This document shows, piece after piece, positions 17,104 through 25,592 of a stretch of DNA of 32,000 nucleotides. The notes beneath the pieces were generated by a model that saw only the letters and a list, made by a program, of their open reading frames with translations, made no database searches and had not been told where the DNA came from. Positions within the stretch are counted from its first letter, which is position 1. Each line of letters begins with the position of its first letter. The stretch covers positions 3,420,001-3,452,000 of the forward strand of contig OY969938.1 in assembly GCA_963704755.1 (NCBI GenBank), read 5' to 3'. The position numbers were made by a program, and so were the translations under genes. The stretch is from an uncultured Chloroflexia bacterium. Lineage in GTDB: Bacteria > Chloroflexota > Anaerolineae > Anaerolineales > Anaerolineaceae.

Positions 17104-17757
17104 GTGACCGAACAATCCCAGTCAGCCGAACCGATTTGCATAGCCCTGGCGACACCGCCCGGCGCAATCCGGGCCGGTTTGCGCGCCATGCTGGCGGAGG
17201 TGAGCGGTATCCGCGTAGTTTACGAAGGGACCAGCCTGGCTTCGATCGCGGATCTTTCTGCCCCGCCGGACATAGCTATCCTGACCCCCGGCGCGGCACG
17301 CGGTTTGGACTGGGCCGCCCTTTTTGCAGCATTACCGGGGCTGGCGTTTCTATTTCTGCTGCCGGAAGAACCGGCCCGCCTGCCCTCCGCGGATGTGCTC
17401 AATGGACGGGTTTGGGGAGTATTGCCTTTGGGCTCGGATGAAGAGACCCTGACGGCTGCGCTGCGCGCGCTCTATCAGGGTCTTTTGGTCAGCCCGCCCG
17501 GGATGGCGGGACCGTTGATCAATCTGCGCGAACTCGAGCCCGGGGAAGAAGAAGATTACGAGACGCTGACCCCGCGCGAGACCGAGATTTTGCAGCAAAT
17601 GACCCTGGGGTTGACCAACAAGCAGATCGCCCTGGCCCTGGGAATCAGCGAGCACACGGTCAAGTATCATATCTCGTCGGTATATACCAAGCTCAAGGCC
17701 ATGAATCGGGCCGAGGCGGTCAGCAAAGGCGCTCGCCGCGGGCTGATCGAGATATAG
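17104..17757 (+). CDS. LuxR/FixJ-type HTH regulator with an atypical receiver-like N-terminal domain
   Basis: GTG start. The C-terminal LuxR HTH is LTPRETEILQQMTLGLTNKQIALALGISEHTVKYHISSVYTKL. The N-terminal domain has the expected receiver length, but the acidic pocket is not evident. Confidence 0.8.
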   Translation: MTEQSQSAEPICIALATPPGAIRAGLRAMLAEVSGIRVVYEGTSLASIADLSAPPDIAILTPGAARGLDWAALFAALPGLAFLFLLPEEPARLPSADVLNGRVWGVLPLGSDEETLTAALRALYQGLLVSPPGMAGPLINLRELEPGEEEDYETLTPRETEILQQMTLGLTNKQIALALGISEHTVKYHISSVYTKLKAMNRAEAVSKGARRGLIEI

Positions 17758-17776
17758 GAATGCCCTCATCCCCCGG

Positions 17777-17803
17777 CCCCTTCCCCCAGAACGGGGGAAG
17801 GGG
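17777..17803 (+). terminator. Intrinsic terminator after the LuxR gene
   Basis: CCCCTTCCCCC (17777-17787) pairs with GGGGGAAGGGG (17793-17803) around a 5-nt loop and is followed by agATTTT. Confidence 0.65.
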
Positions 17804-17812
17804 AGATTTTAG

Positions 17813-17837
17813 CCCCTCTCCCATTTTGGGAGAGGGG
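17813..17837. repeat. Second G/C-rich hairpin in tandem with the terminator
   Basis: CCCCTCTCCC (17813-17822) pairs with GGGAGAGGGG (17828-17837) around the loop attttt-type sequence atttt. TTGGGGTGAGGG follows. Confidence 0.6.
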
Positions 17838-17914
17838 TTGGGGTGAGGGAGAAGCGCCGGCCGTCTCAAATTCCCGTTGGGTTACGGGCAAAGCCGGGCA
17901 AAAACGAAAGCGAT

Positions 17915-19132
17915 CTAATGAGAATGGGCGTGCCCTTCCGCGCTGTTCTCCGGGCCCAGGATGGTGAGCAAACGGCCCAGTTTGTCGGATTTTTTGGCGG
18001 CCAGGACGGCCAGCCCGGTGGCAATCGGCACGGCGGCAAACAAGCCAATCGAGCCAACCAGCGCGCGGACGATCTCTTCGGCCAGATAGTCCAGGTTGAT
18101 CAACAGACCGAAGTTCTGGTTGTTCAATGAAAAGAGCAGCAGCATTGGCAGGGAAGCGCCGGTGTAGGCCAGTACCAGGGTGTTGACCGTGGCGGCGACG
18201 TGGTCGCGGCCGATGTTCATGGATCGCCGGAAGAGGAAGCCAATCGACAGGTCCGGGTTGGCGCCGTGCAGCTCGAACACCGATGAAGCCTGGCTGATGA
18301 CCAGGTCGTCCAGCACCCCCAATGCGCCGATGATCATCCCGCCTAGCAGCAGGCCGCGTAAATCGATAGGCGTTTGGGTCATTTGGGTCAGGAAGAGCGA
18401 ATTTTCGTCGCCGGTGCCCGTCAGGCGGGTGACGTTGATGAACAAGGCCGAGAGCGCGCCGGAGAGCATCAACGCCAGCAGCATGCTCAACACGGCCGAG
18501 TGCGTCTTCAAGTTCCAGCCATATACCAGGTAGAGCGAAGCGGCCAGGAAGACGAACGAACCGATGATGCTGACCCAGACCGGGTTTTTCCCGGCCAGGA
18601 TCTGGGGGATGATGAAGAAGAGGATGATGGCCATGCTGAGCAGGATACCCAACAAGCCACGGAAGCCCTTCCAACCGCCAATGAGGACGCACGTCAACAC
18701 AAAGACGAAGAATAGCTGCAGGATGGGCTGGATGCGCATGAAGTCGATGAATACCGGCATCAGGGTGCCATCCGGCCGCTGGCCGATGGAGATCAGTACC
18801 TCTTCGCCGGATTTAACGTCAGCCGAGGCGGGGCGAACCTGCTGCTTGCCATAATCCACGGTGATGATCTGGTTTTTATATTGCCCTTCCAAAACCCGCA
18901 CGGAAAAATCCTGGTAGTGTTGGGTGGTTTGTCCCAGGGTTACCTGGCCCTGGTCGATGATTTGAACTACCAGGGCGCGTACCGTGGAGGCATCGTACCC
19001 GACCTGCGCGTCGGAACGGGTGGTTTCGATATTACGGGCCATTAATGGAGAGACCCAAAAGATCAGTATTACGCCTAAAATCAAGACGATGAGATACCAC
19101 AGGTAATTGAGAAGGTAATTTTTAGTTTTCAT
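17915..19132 (-). CDS. YibE/F-family integral membrane protein
   Basis: It has an N-terminal TM helix, a soluble segment of about 110 aa and a multi-TM block. The GALGVLDDLVISQASSVFEL motif is typical of YibE/F. I prefer the ATG at 19132 (MKTKNY) to the ORF-track start at 19168. Confidence 0.75.
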   Translation of the reverse strand: MKTKNYLLNYLWYLIVLILGVILIFWVSPLMARNIETTRSDAQVGYDASTVRALVVQIIDQGQVTLGQTTQHYQDFSVRVLEGQYKNQIITVDYGKQQVRPASADVKSGEEVLISIGQRPDGTLMPVFIDFMRIQPILQLFFVFVLTCVLIGGWKGFRGLLGILLSMAIILFFIIPQILAGKNPVWVSIIGSFVFLAASLYLVYGWNLKTHSAVLSMLLALMLSGALSALFINVTRLTGTGDENSLFLTQMTQTPIDLRGLLLGGMIIGALGVLDDLVISQASSVFELHGANPDLSIGFLFRRSMNIGRDHVAATVNTLVLAYTGASLPMLLLFSLNNQNFGLLINLDYLAEEIVRALVGSIGLFAAVPIATGLAVLAAKKSDKLGRLLTILGPENSAEGHAHSH

Positions 19133-19362
19133 AATGGGTAGGTAAATTAATATACCCCAGCTTAACACAATTGCAAAGCACAGAAAAACTGGCGTGTGCA
19201 GTGATATTGGTATGGAAGTTGCATTAAATAGGGCTATTCCTTTCCCCTAAAAAATGTTATTATGGTTATAGAATCATTACCGTGATAAACCCAATTATTA
19301 ACTTCTAATTGCCTTAAGCCTGTCCGTGGGGGTAAGAAAATGTATATAAACGGAGAAAAGAT

Positions 19363-19653
19363 ATGATCGATCGCCTGGCCACTGATTTTGTAAATACACG
19401 TCGCGCTAACCGGATCGACTGGGAACGACCGGTCACTATTGTGGAACCGGTGCAGGTTTCTGGCAAAACGATCAACGTCAGCGCCGTGGGTATTCTGCTC
19501 TCGACGGATAAAAATGCCAGCCTGCAATTAGGCGGCCCAATCGCCCTGGACATCCCGCACATGGAAGGGGATGATTCGATTGTGGTCCATGGCCAGATTG
19601 TGCGCCTGGAGAAGACCCACAGCGATTTACGCGTGGCTGTTAACCTGGCGTAG
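19363..19653 (+). CDS. PilZ domain protein (single domain, 96 aa)
   Basis: An RxxxR motif (TRRANRIDWER) and an N-x-S-x-x-G motif (NVSAVGILL) are present at PilZ-like spacing. A GGAGAAAAG Shine-Dalgarno lies upstream. Confidence 0.75.
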   Translation: MIDRLATDFVNTRRANRIDWERPVTIVEPVQVSGKTINVSAVGILLSTDKNASLQLGGPIALDIPHMEGDDSIVVHGQIVRLEKTHSDLRVAVNLA

Positions 19654-19679
19654 CTTTGCTTGGGCCGGGTCGGAAATTT

Positions 19680-19735
19680 GGGGTGTTTTATTATTTTTCG
19701 CGTGCGAAGCGCGCGAAAAAATAATAAAACACCCC
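19680..19735. repeat. Hairpin family copy C: stem of about 26 bp with one bulged A, gaa loop
   Basis: ggggtgttttattatttttcgcgtgc pairs with gcgcgcgaaaaaataataaaacacccc. It lies 27 nt after the PilZ stop and is followed by tctttttt, so it looks like a terminator. Confidence 0.9.
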
Positions 19736-19795
19736 TCTTTTTTGCGCTGGCTGAGCAGTATTATTATTGGATTGCATTCTCAATAATTTGCAACT

Positions 19796-20809
19796 GTGGT
19801 TATAATTTCCTTCGTGAAAAGCCGAATCGTTCTTATCTTCCTGCTTCTCCTGGGGGGAATATTGTTGTTTGTGCCGCGGTCGGTGCCGGTGCAGGCCCAG
19901 GCCGGCAGCGCCTCTGACCTGATCGGGGCAGTCAATGCCTTTCGCGCCGCCAATGGGCTGGAGCCTTATACCGTGGACGGCGACCTGATGAGTAAAGCCC
20001 AGGCCCAGTCAGAATACCAGGCTACGGTGGGTACCTGTACCCACCAGCGTGCGGACGGCAGCGGCCCGGGTGACCATGGCATCGCGTCCGAAAATGTGGC
20101 CTGCGGGCCGGGATTGTCGGTCTCGGATGCCATCTACGACCAGTGGACCGATTTATTGCACAGCGCGACTATGCTCGGACCGGATGCCGGTGTGGTCGGC
20201 GCCGGAGTGGCCACCTCGGGCGATAATGTCTTCTATACCCTGGACGTGAATGCCACCCAGGGCAACTTTGCCTACCGCCAGCCGCTTTCTGCGACGGACA
20301 TTGCCGCCGAGACCGCGGGTATTTCACCACCGCCGCTGCCAACGCTTGCGGGGCCGATCATCACATCCACCCCGGCGGACGACGGCTCGGTGGCCCACGT
20401 CATTCAATATGGCGAAACTCTGGAAGAGATCGCCAACGCTTATGGCGTGACCCTGAATGACCTGTTTGCCCATAACGCCAGCCTGAACCCGGATAACCCG
20501 GCCTATTATGCCGGCCAGGTACTGATCATCAAATCACCTTATACGGCCACCCCGGAGCCCAGCCTGACGCCGACACAACCGACTGCCACGCGCACGCCTC
20601 GGCCAACCCACACCCCCACCCGAGTTCCTTCGGTGACCCCCACCGCCACCTCCTCTCCCACACCTACGGCGACTTCTGTGCTGACCGTGATTGGTTTGGG
20701 CACCCCGAGCGCTGACCGAAAGGCTGCCGGTTATGGACTGGTGGCATTGTGTGCGGTCGGGTTGATTTTCTTGTTCGTGAAGGGCTTCCGCAAGGGCAGC
20801 CCGGGATAA
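19796..20809 (+). CDS. Secreted and anchored CAP/SCP (YkwD-like) domain plus LysM domain protein with a Pro/Thr-rich linker and C-terminal TM helix
   Basis: It has a signal peptide, a CAP-like segment (LIGAVNAFRAANGLEPY...), a LysM segment (HVIQYGETLEEIANAYGVTLNDLFAHN...GQVLIIK), a PT-rich region and a TM helix (GYGLVALCAVGLIFLFV). An alternative GTG start exists at 19814. Confidence 0.8.
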   Translation: MVIISFVKSRIVLIFLLLLGGILLFVPRSVPVQAQAGSASDLIGAVNAFRAANGLEPYTVDGDLMSKAQAQSEYQATVGTCTHQRADGSGPGDHGIASENVACGPGLSVSDAIYDQWTDLLHSATMLGPDAGVVGAGVATSGDNVFYTLDVNATQGNFAYRQPLSATDIAAETAGISPPPLPTLAGPIITSTPADDGSVAHVIQYGETLEEIANAYGVTLNDLFAHNASLNPDNPAYYAGQVLIIKSPYTATPEPSLTPTQPTATRTPRPTHTPTRVPSVTPTATSSPTPTATSVLTVIGLGTPSADRKAAGYGLVALCAVGLIFLFVKGFRKGSPG

Positions 20810-20855
20810 CCCGGCGGTCGCCTTTCTGCCCGAACCGGAAAGATTGGAAAAATTG

Positions 20856-21365
20856 ATGAGCGATTCTGTCTCTCGTGATATCGAAAAAACCAGTTTAGCC
20901 CCTTGTCCGTACTGCGGGGCTGCCGGTATGGGGGGGTATGAAGGTTGCAGCGAAACGTTGGAAAAGATTATGGCCCGTTTTCTGGGGAGACCGGGCTTCT
21001 CATATTTCTATGCCACACAACGCGCGCTGGTGGACTGTTACGGATTGCAGCACCCCGAGATTCACTGCGTTTCGGTCGAATCTTATGCCTCGCACCTGGC
21101 GGGGATATGTGTTTTCCTGCTCTATGATGGCCGCCGGTACATTTATAACGCAGTCGAGCGCTGGCTGATGGATGCCGGCGAACTCGTCCGGCCGGAAACG
21201 CCGGAGTTCCGGGGCAAAATGACTATAACGGACCTGCTGGACGTCAAGGACCCGCCTGACCTGCAAAGCCGGGTCAGCCGTTGGGCCGAAGACGTCTGGT
21301 CGGCCTACGCCAATATGCACAACCTGGCCTTCACCTGCGTCGAATTGGCGATGGAACGGGGTTAG
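20856..21365 (+). CDS. Hypothetical cytoplasmic protein with N-terminal CPYCG motif
   Basis: The composition is protein-like. I prefer the ATG at 20856 to the TTG at 20844. I do not assert a family from memory. Confidence 0.6.
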   Translation: MSDSVSRDIEKTSLAPCPYCGAAGMGGYEGCSETLEKIMARFLGRPGFSYFYATQRALVDCYGLQHPEIHCVSVESYASHLAGICVFLLYDGRRYIYNAVERWLMDAGELVRPETPEFRGKMTITDLLDVKDPPDLQSRVSRWAEDVWSAYANMHNLAFTCVELAMERG

Positions 21366-21374
21366 GTTCGTTTA

Positions 21375-21421
21375 GTAATTATGGTTATTTGCGTGCTACG
21401 CACGCAAATAACCATAATTAC
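21375..21421. repeat. Hairpin family copy D: perfect 22-bp stem, tac loop
   Basis: I checked base by base that 21375-21396 (gtaattatggttatttgcgtgc) is the exact reverse complement of 21400-21421. It lies between convergent genes. On the minus strand it is immediately preceded by ATAGGGT. Confidence 0.9.
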
Positions 21422-21447
21422 ACCCTATTCTTTTAGTTACCCGTGCT

Positions 21448-21759
21448 TTATCTTCTAAAGCGGCGGGCTAAGGCGTTGATTTGCTCGATGAGAGCCTGCC
21501 ATTGGCTGGGAATGTCGGATTCGTCCAACTCGACCGAGCGAGCCTGCTTTCCCATCTCGATGGTCAAAGAATAATGAAAACGGTCGGCTCCGCCGCCCTT
21601 CTCGGAAGTGGAGCTGATCTCTGTATCGAAGAAGTTGCTCGATTCCAATAAATCGGCCAACTGGCGGGCTTCTTGCGGATCGAGCCGGTTGGAATCGATC
21701 ACGGTTCGCAGGGTCATGCCGGCAAAACCACCGCTGCGTTCTATCCGAATGATCATCAC
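21448..21759 (-). CDS. Emfourin-like protein inhibitor of protealysin-type M4 proteases
   Basis: It is about 100 aa with an IERSGGFAG N-terminal motif. It lies directly downstream of the M4 protease gene and overlaps it (GTGATG overlaps the TGA stop), as in protealysin operons. Confidence 0.65.
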   Translation of the reverse strand: MMIIRIERSGGFAGMTLRTVIDSNRLDPQEARQLADLLESSNFFDTEISSTSEKGGGADRFHYSLTIEMGKQARSVELDESDIPSQWQALIEQINALARRFRR

Positions 21760-22876
21760 ATCCCCAGGGCCTTTTTGACCGAATTGAAGCAGCCCGAGCC
21801 GGACCCGTCGCTGGGGGTACCTACGGTAATCCCTACCCCGGCCCAGGCGTGATCAACGGCCTGTTGTTCCAGGCTGTTGTCGCCGTACAGCGTACCGGCG
21901 GCCTGGTGGGTAAGGTTGGCAGCGCCTTGAAAATCGGTGGTGGGTTGGATCAGGTCGCGCAGGGTAATGTACCAGATCTGGCCGGCTTTCTCCCAGGCGT
22001 TGCCACCGATCTCGATGGCGGCCAGGTAGAAGGCCTTGTTGGGGATGCCCGAGTTGATGTGTACACCGCCGTTATCGCTGGTGGTGTGGTTGTAATCGCT
22101 CATATTGGCGGGCTGGGGGTCTTTGCCCAACACCGGGTCGTCGTAAGCCGTGCCGGGCGCTTTCATCGAGCGGATGCCGACACCGTGCACATTGGCGGTA
22201 AATAGGCCTTCGCCAATAATCCAATCGGCCTGGGCAGCGCTTGGCCCAGGCTGTACTGCTTGACCAGGCTTCCGAAAACGTCCGAGAAGGATTCGTTGAG
22301 CGCGCCGGGCTGGTTGGAATAGATCAGCCCGCCTTCGAATTGGGTGACCCCGTGGGTGAGCTCGTGGCCGATCACATCGATGGCGATGGTAAAGCGGTTA
22401 AACAGTTGCTGGTCCGGCGGCAGGCCTTCGTCGCCGTCGCCGTAAACCATTTGCTGGCCGTTCCAAAAGGCGTTTTCGTAATTCTGGCCGTAATGGACGG
22501 TCGAGTCGATGGTCATACCGGCGTTGTCGATTGAGTTGCGCTGGTAGATATTCCAATACAGGTTGTAGGTGGCGCCGGCGCCATTGTAGGCTTCATTTAC
22601 CGTTACATCGGCGCCGTCAGGGTCGCCTTCGGAGCGCACCAATTGGCCAGGCAAATTGGTGCTGTGATTGGTTGTATAAACGCGCCGCTGCAAGTTGGTG
22701 TTGAGCGTTACCCGAGGCGCGGCCGCCAGGGCGGTGGCTTCCAGGCGTTCGGAGCGGAACTGGGCCGTCACCTGGGCGGTCTGGATATACCGCTCTTTTT
22801 GAGAGTCACTGCCGTTTTGGGCAATCTGATCGAATATATGGGGAGGGAGAACGCACGAGATGGAACCTGCTTTCAT
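21756..22876 (-). pseudogene. Protealysin-like M4 (thermolysin-family) metallopeptidase interrupted by a 1-nt frameshift
   Basis: The upstream ORF carries the CVLPPHIF propeptide motif, HELTHGV (HExxH) and GALNESFSDVFG. The downstream ORF carries RSMKAPGTAYDDPVLGKDPQP and GGVHINSGIPNKAF. The frames join at about 22238-22243 as ...KQYSLGQ/(S)AAQADWIIGEGLF. The total span of 22912-21756 is 1157 nt, which is 3n+2. Confidence 0.85.
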
Positions 22877-23115
22877 GAGATTTGCAACCTCCTTTGGTTG
22901 GCATGCTTCCAATCCGAGTTTGATCTGATTTTGGCTACAAAACCGCTGTCCGGCCGGGTTAAAAATGGCGTCCGGTTAGCCAGCCTCCGGGAACGGGCTG
23001 TTCCAGGCTGATCGAGTTCGGCTGGGATAAGTGCTATCCGCCTGTGGATGGGTTTGGGCAAGCTGGTTACGTTGAAATCGGCAGTCCCTTATCGCGGTAC
23101 GTCGCCGGTGTGTTT

Positions 23116-23148
23116 TTTCTGGTCAAGCGTTAGAAATCTTTCTGGTCA
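23116..23148. promoter_or_regulatory. Direct repeats TTTCTGGTCA, two copies 23 bp apart, in the divergent protease/GNAT intergenic region
   Basis: 23116-23125 and 23139-23148 are identical 10-mers. An imperfect inverted repeat CCGGT(TG)AACAAT...ATTGTTGACCGG follows at 23165-23208. Confidence 0.25.
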
Positions 23149-23451
23149 TTTATTTTTATATTACCCGGTTGAACAATCCTGTATCTATTATAAACAATTG
23201 TTGACCGGTTGCGTCGATAAATATTGTGAGGTTTTGCCGCACCGTAAAGAGAGAAATTCTTTAATAATCCTAATTCCAGTCGGGCAGGTTTTAGAAAATG
23301 CTTTGAAATACCCGGCTCAAAGGTTGTGTGGACGGGTTTTGTCGTAAAATGTAGTCAAGGGGAAATACCATCCAGGGCAATCGAATAGGATTATCCGTTC
23401 TTGCAAAGCAATACCATTCAGGTGGACAGGAGAAAAGGAGCTGGCCCGGCA

Positions 23452-24039
23452 ATGTTTCCGTTCAGGATTGAAACTTCTCGTTGTATCTTGCGCAGCTACC
23501 AACCCGGCGATGGGCCGATGTACCTGGCAGTTGGGCGGCGAAATTTCGCGCACCTGTCCCGCTATGAATCCGGGAACCTGGTACGGGCACTTAAAGATGA
23601 ACGAGATGCCGAAGAGACGGTCGCGGAGCTGGCCGCCGCCTGGGTGAGCGGACTGAGCTATTTTATCGGCGTGTTCGAGCGCCAGAGTGGTGATTTTGTT
23701 GCCCAGGTTTACATTGGCCTTTCGGCTCCAGAACTGCCGGAATACGAAATCGGCTACTTTGCCGACCGGGATCACGAAGGCCAGGGGTACGTCAGTGAAG
23801 CCGTCACTGCGGCCATCCAGTTCGCCTTTGGATATTTGAACGCCGCGCGCATCCGCCTGGAATGCGATGATAGCAATGTGCGCAGTATCCACGTGGCCGA
23901 ACGGTGTGGTTTGATTGCGGAAGGGCATTTGCGCGAGAACAAGAAAAATCCGGATGGTAGTATCAGCGGGACATTGGTTTACGGGCTGCTGCGCAGAGAA
24001 TACCTGGCGGCCCGGATAAATCGGGTAGTTTTGGGGTAG
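23452..24039 (+). CDS. GNAT-family N-acetyltransferase (RimJ/RimL-like)
   Basis: EIGYFADRDHEGQGYVSEAV matches the acetyl-CoA motif A region, and NVRSIHVAERCGL is present. I prefer the ATG at 23452, preceded by aaaaggag. Confidence 0.8.
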   Translation: MFPFRIETSRCILRSYQPGDGPMYLAVGRRNFAHLSRYESGNLVRALKDERDAEETVAELAAAWVSGLSYFIGVFERQSGDFVAQVYIGLSAPELPEYEIGYFADRDHEGQGYVSEAVTAAIQFAFGYLNAARIRLECDDSNVRSIHVAERCGLIAEGHLRENKKNPDGSISGTLVYGLLRREYLAARINRVVLG

Positions 24040-24155
24040 GTCTGTCCTAGAACATTCAGAATTTTTGAAAACCGAATATTTTCGAAGAAAAGAGTTCATC
24101 GTCCATTATTTTGCTGCCCATCACCGCATGTCTTTGCATGCCCACGGGGGTTCCT

Positions 24156-25328
24156 ATGAGCGAAGATACATTGAAACACATTGTTGAGCTTATTCAAGCC
24201 GGTCGATTAACCGAAGCGCAGGCCATTCTGCACCCCATGCTTAAAGCTGACCCATGTAATGGAATGACCTGGATTTTGTATAGCGAGACCTGTCCGGTAC
24301 TCGAGCAGCGCATTCTGGCGCTGGAAACCGGGCTGCGCTACAACCCGAGTGACGTACGCATCCAAAGCCGCCTGGAGGATATGCGTGTTCGCCAGAAAGA
24401 AGCCGTGGCGGCCATCCCCCTGCCCGGCCAGTTTTACTCGGTCGATCCGTTGGCGCGCAGCCTGCGCCAGGAAATCGCCGGTCAAACAGCAGCGCCGGCC
24501 GACAAAACAAATCCGGCTTCTCATCCTGAAAATGGCAAGCCGGTTCCGCCGGCGTTTGTTGAACAACCGGCGTCGAACGGCGGTGGAGATGCGGCCCAGA
24601 CTGCCGGCCGGGAAGAAAGTGAGCCTGGTGGTACGACCGGCTTTTTGATCGCCGTCGGAATTTTGTGTGTGGCCATCTTTGCCATGTTGATTTATTTTGT
24701 ATCCAATAATCGTCCGTTGAACCCGGCTGATTATCGTCACGAAGTGCCGGTGGAGTATTACCTGTACGTACCCACCGGGTACGATAAAGCGCAGGCCTGG
24801 CCGCTTTTCGTCGGCATCCATGGGACGGGTGGGTCGGGCCGGGATTGTTGGAATTTATGGCAGCAGTACGCCGAACGCGAGGGCTATATTTTGTTGTGCC
24901 CCACCTTGAGTGATTCCAGCGGCGGCTGGTACCAGAAGGACGGCGAGGCCAAAGTAATCGCCGCGATCAACCAGGTAGTGTTGAATTACCACCTGAAGCC
25001 GCGCATTTTTTTGACCGGCTTTTCGGCCGGGGCGCAGTTTGTGCAAGGATTCACCTTTGATAATCCCCAATCGGTGGCGGGGGTAGCCGTCCTCTCGTCC
25101 GGGAATTATTACGTGCCCTCCACGGTGGCGAGCGGTATTCCCTTTCTGGTAGTGATCGGCGACCAAGACGACGCCGGCGCGGTGAGCGGAAGCCGCCAGT
25201 TTGCCAATTCCGTGGCCAAAATTGGCGCGAGCGTGGATTACGAGGTTTTACCCGGCGTCGGCCACCAGGTGGTGGACAAAACCCGGGAGTTGGTGATTGA
25301 TTTCTTTGAAGAGGTAGAAGGAAAATAG
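24156..25328 (+). CDS. Membrane-anchored alpha/beta-hydrolase (esterase/PHB-depolymerase-like) with a TPR-like N-terminal module
   Basis: An N-terminal helical module is followed by a low-complexity linker and a TM helix (GFLIAVGILCVAIFAMLIYFV). The hydrolase part has YYLYVPTGYD...WPLFVGIHG and the nucleophile elbow GFSAG. The start is uncertain (24111, 24138 or 24156). Confidence 0.75.
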   Translation: MSEDTLKHIVELIQAGRLTEAQAILHPMLKADPCNGMTWILYSETCPVLEQRILALETGLRYNPSDVRIQSRLEDMRVRQKEAVAAIPLPGQFYSVDPLARSLRQEIAGQTAAPADKTNPASHPENGKPVPPAFVEQPASNGGGDAAQTAGREESEPGGTTGFLIAVGILCVAIFAMLIYFVSNNRPLNPADYRHEVPVEYYLYVPTGYDKAQAWPLFVGIHGTGGSGRDCWNLWQQYAEREGYILLCPTLSDSSGGWYQKDGEAKVIAAINQVVLNYHLKPRIFLTGFSAGAQFVQGFTFDNPQSVAGVAVLSSGNYYVPSTVASGIPFLVVIGDQDDAGAVSGSRQFANSVAKIGASVDYEVLPGVGHQVVDKTRELVIDFFEEVEGK

Positions 25329-25344
25329 GCGTTGAAATGCACTT

Positions 25345-25534
25345 GTAGGGTGCGCTTTAGCGCACCTTAATCCGCTTGGCTATTAATATCTATGGGTATC
25401 AAAGGATAAGCTTGTGGTAGGGTTGCTGCCTCAAAAAAATTCGCTTTATCAATTCTTGACCAAACATAGAAAAATGTGAAAGCCTAAAATCTTTACCTGC
25501 CCATGTTTTAACGGTGCGCTAAAGCGCACCCTAC
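25345..25534. repeat. REP doublet (REPIN-like): two identical 22-nt GTAG-headed REPs in inverted orientation
   Basis: GTAGGGTGCGCTTTAGCGCACC at 25345-25366 is the exact reverse complement of 25513-25534. Each has a GTAG head and a 7-bp stem (GGTGCGC/GCGCACC) with a TTTA loop. The doublet ends 58 nt from the 3' end of the RAYT gene. Confidence 0.8.
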
Positions 25535-25592
25535 GAGTTAGTATTGTAGAACAGTTGACCCGTTCACTCTGATTACTTTTTTATTAAATGAG

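Noticed and set aside
17766-18692. A 308-aa minus-strand ORF overlapping the YibE/F gene in another frame
   Set aside because: It is extremely Arg/Pro/Gly-rich. The YibE/F frame gives coherent TM helices and a family motif, so this ORF is an off-frame artefact.
23317-24099. A 260-aa minus-strand ORF opposite the GNAT gene
   Set aside because: The plus-strand frame carries the GNAT acetyl-CoA motif and a good Shine-Dalgarno plus ATG. The antisense ORF has no supporting signals.
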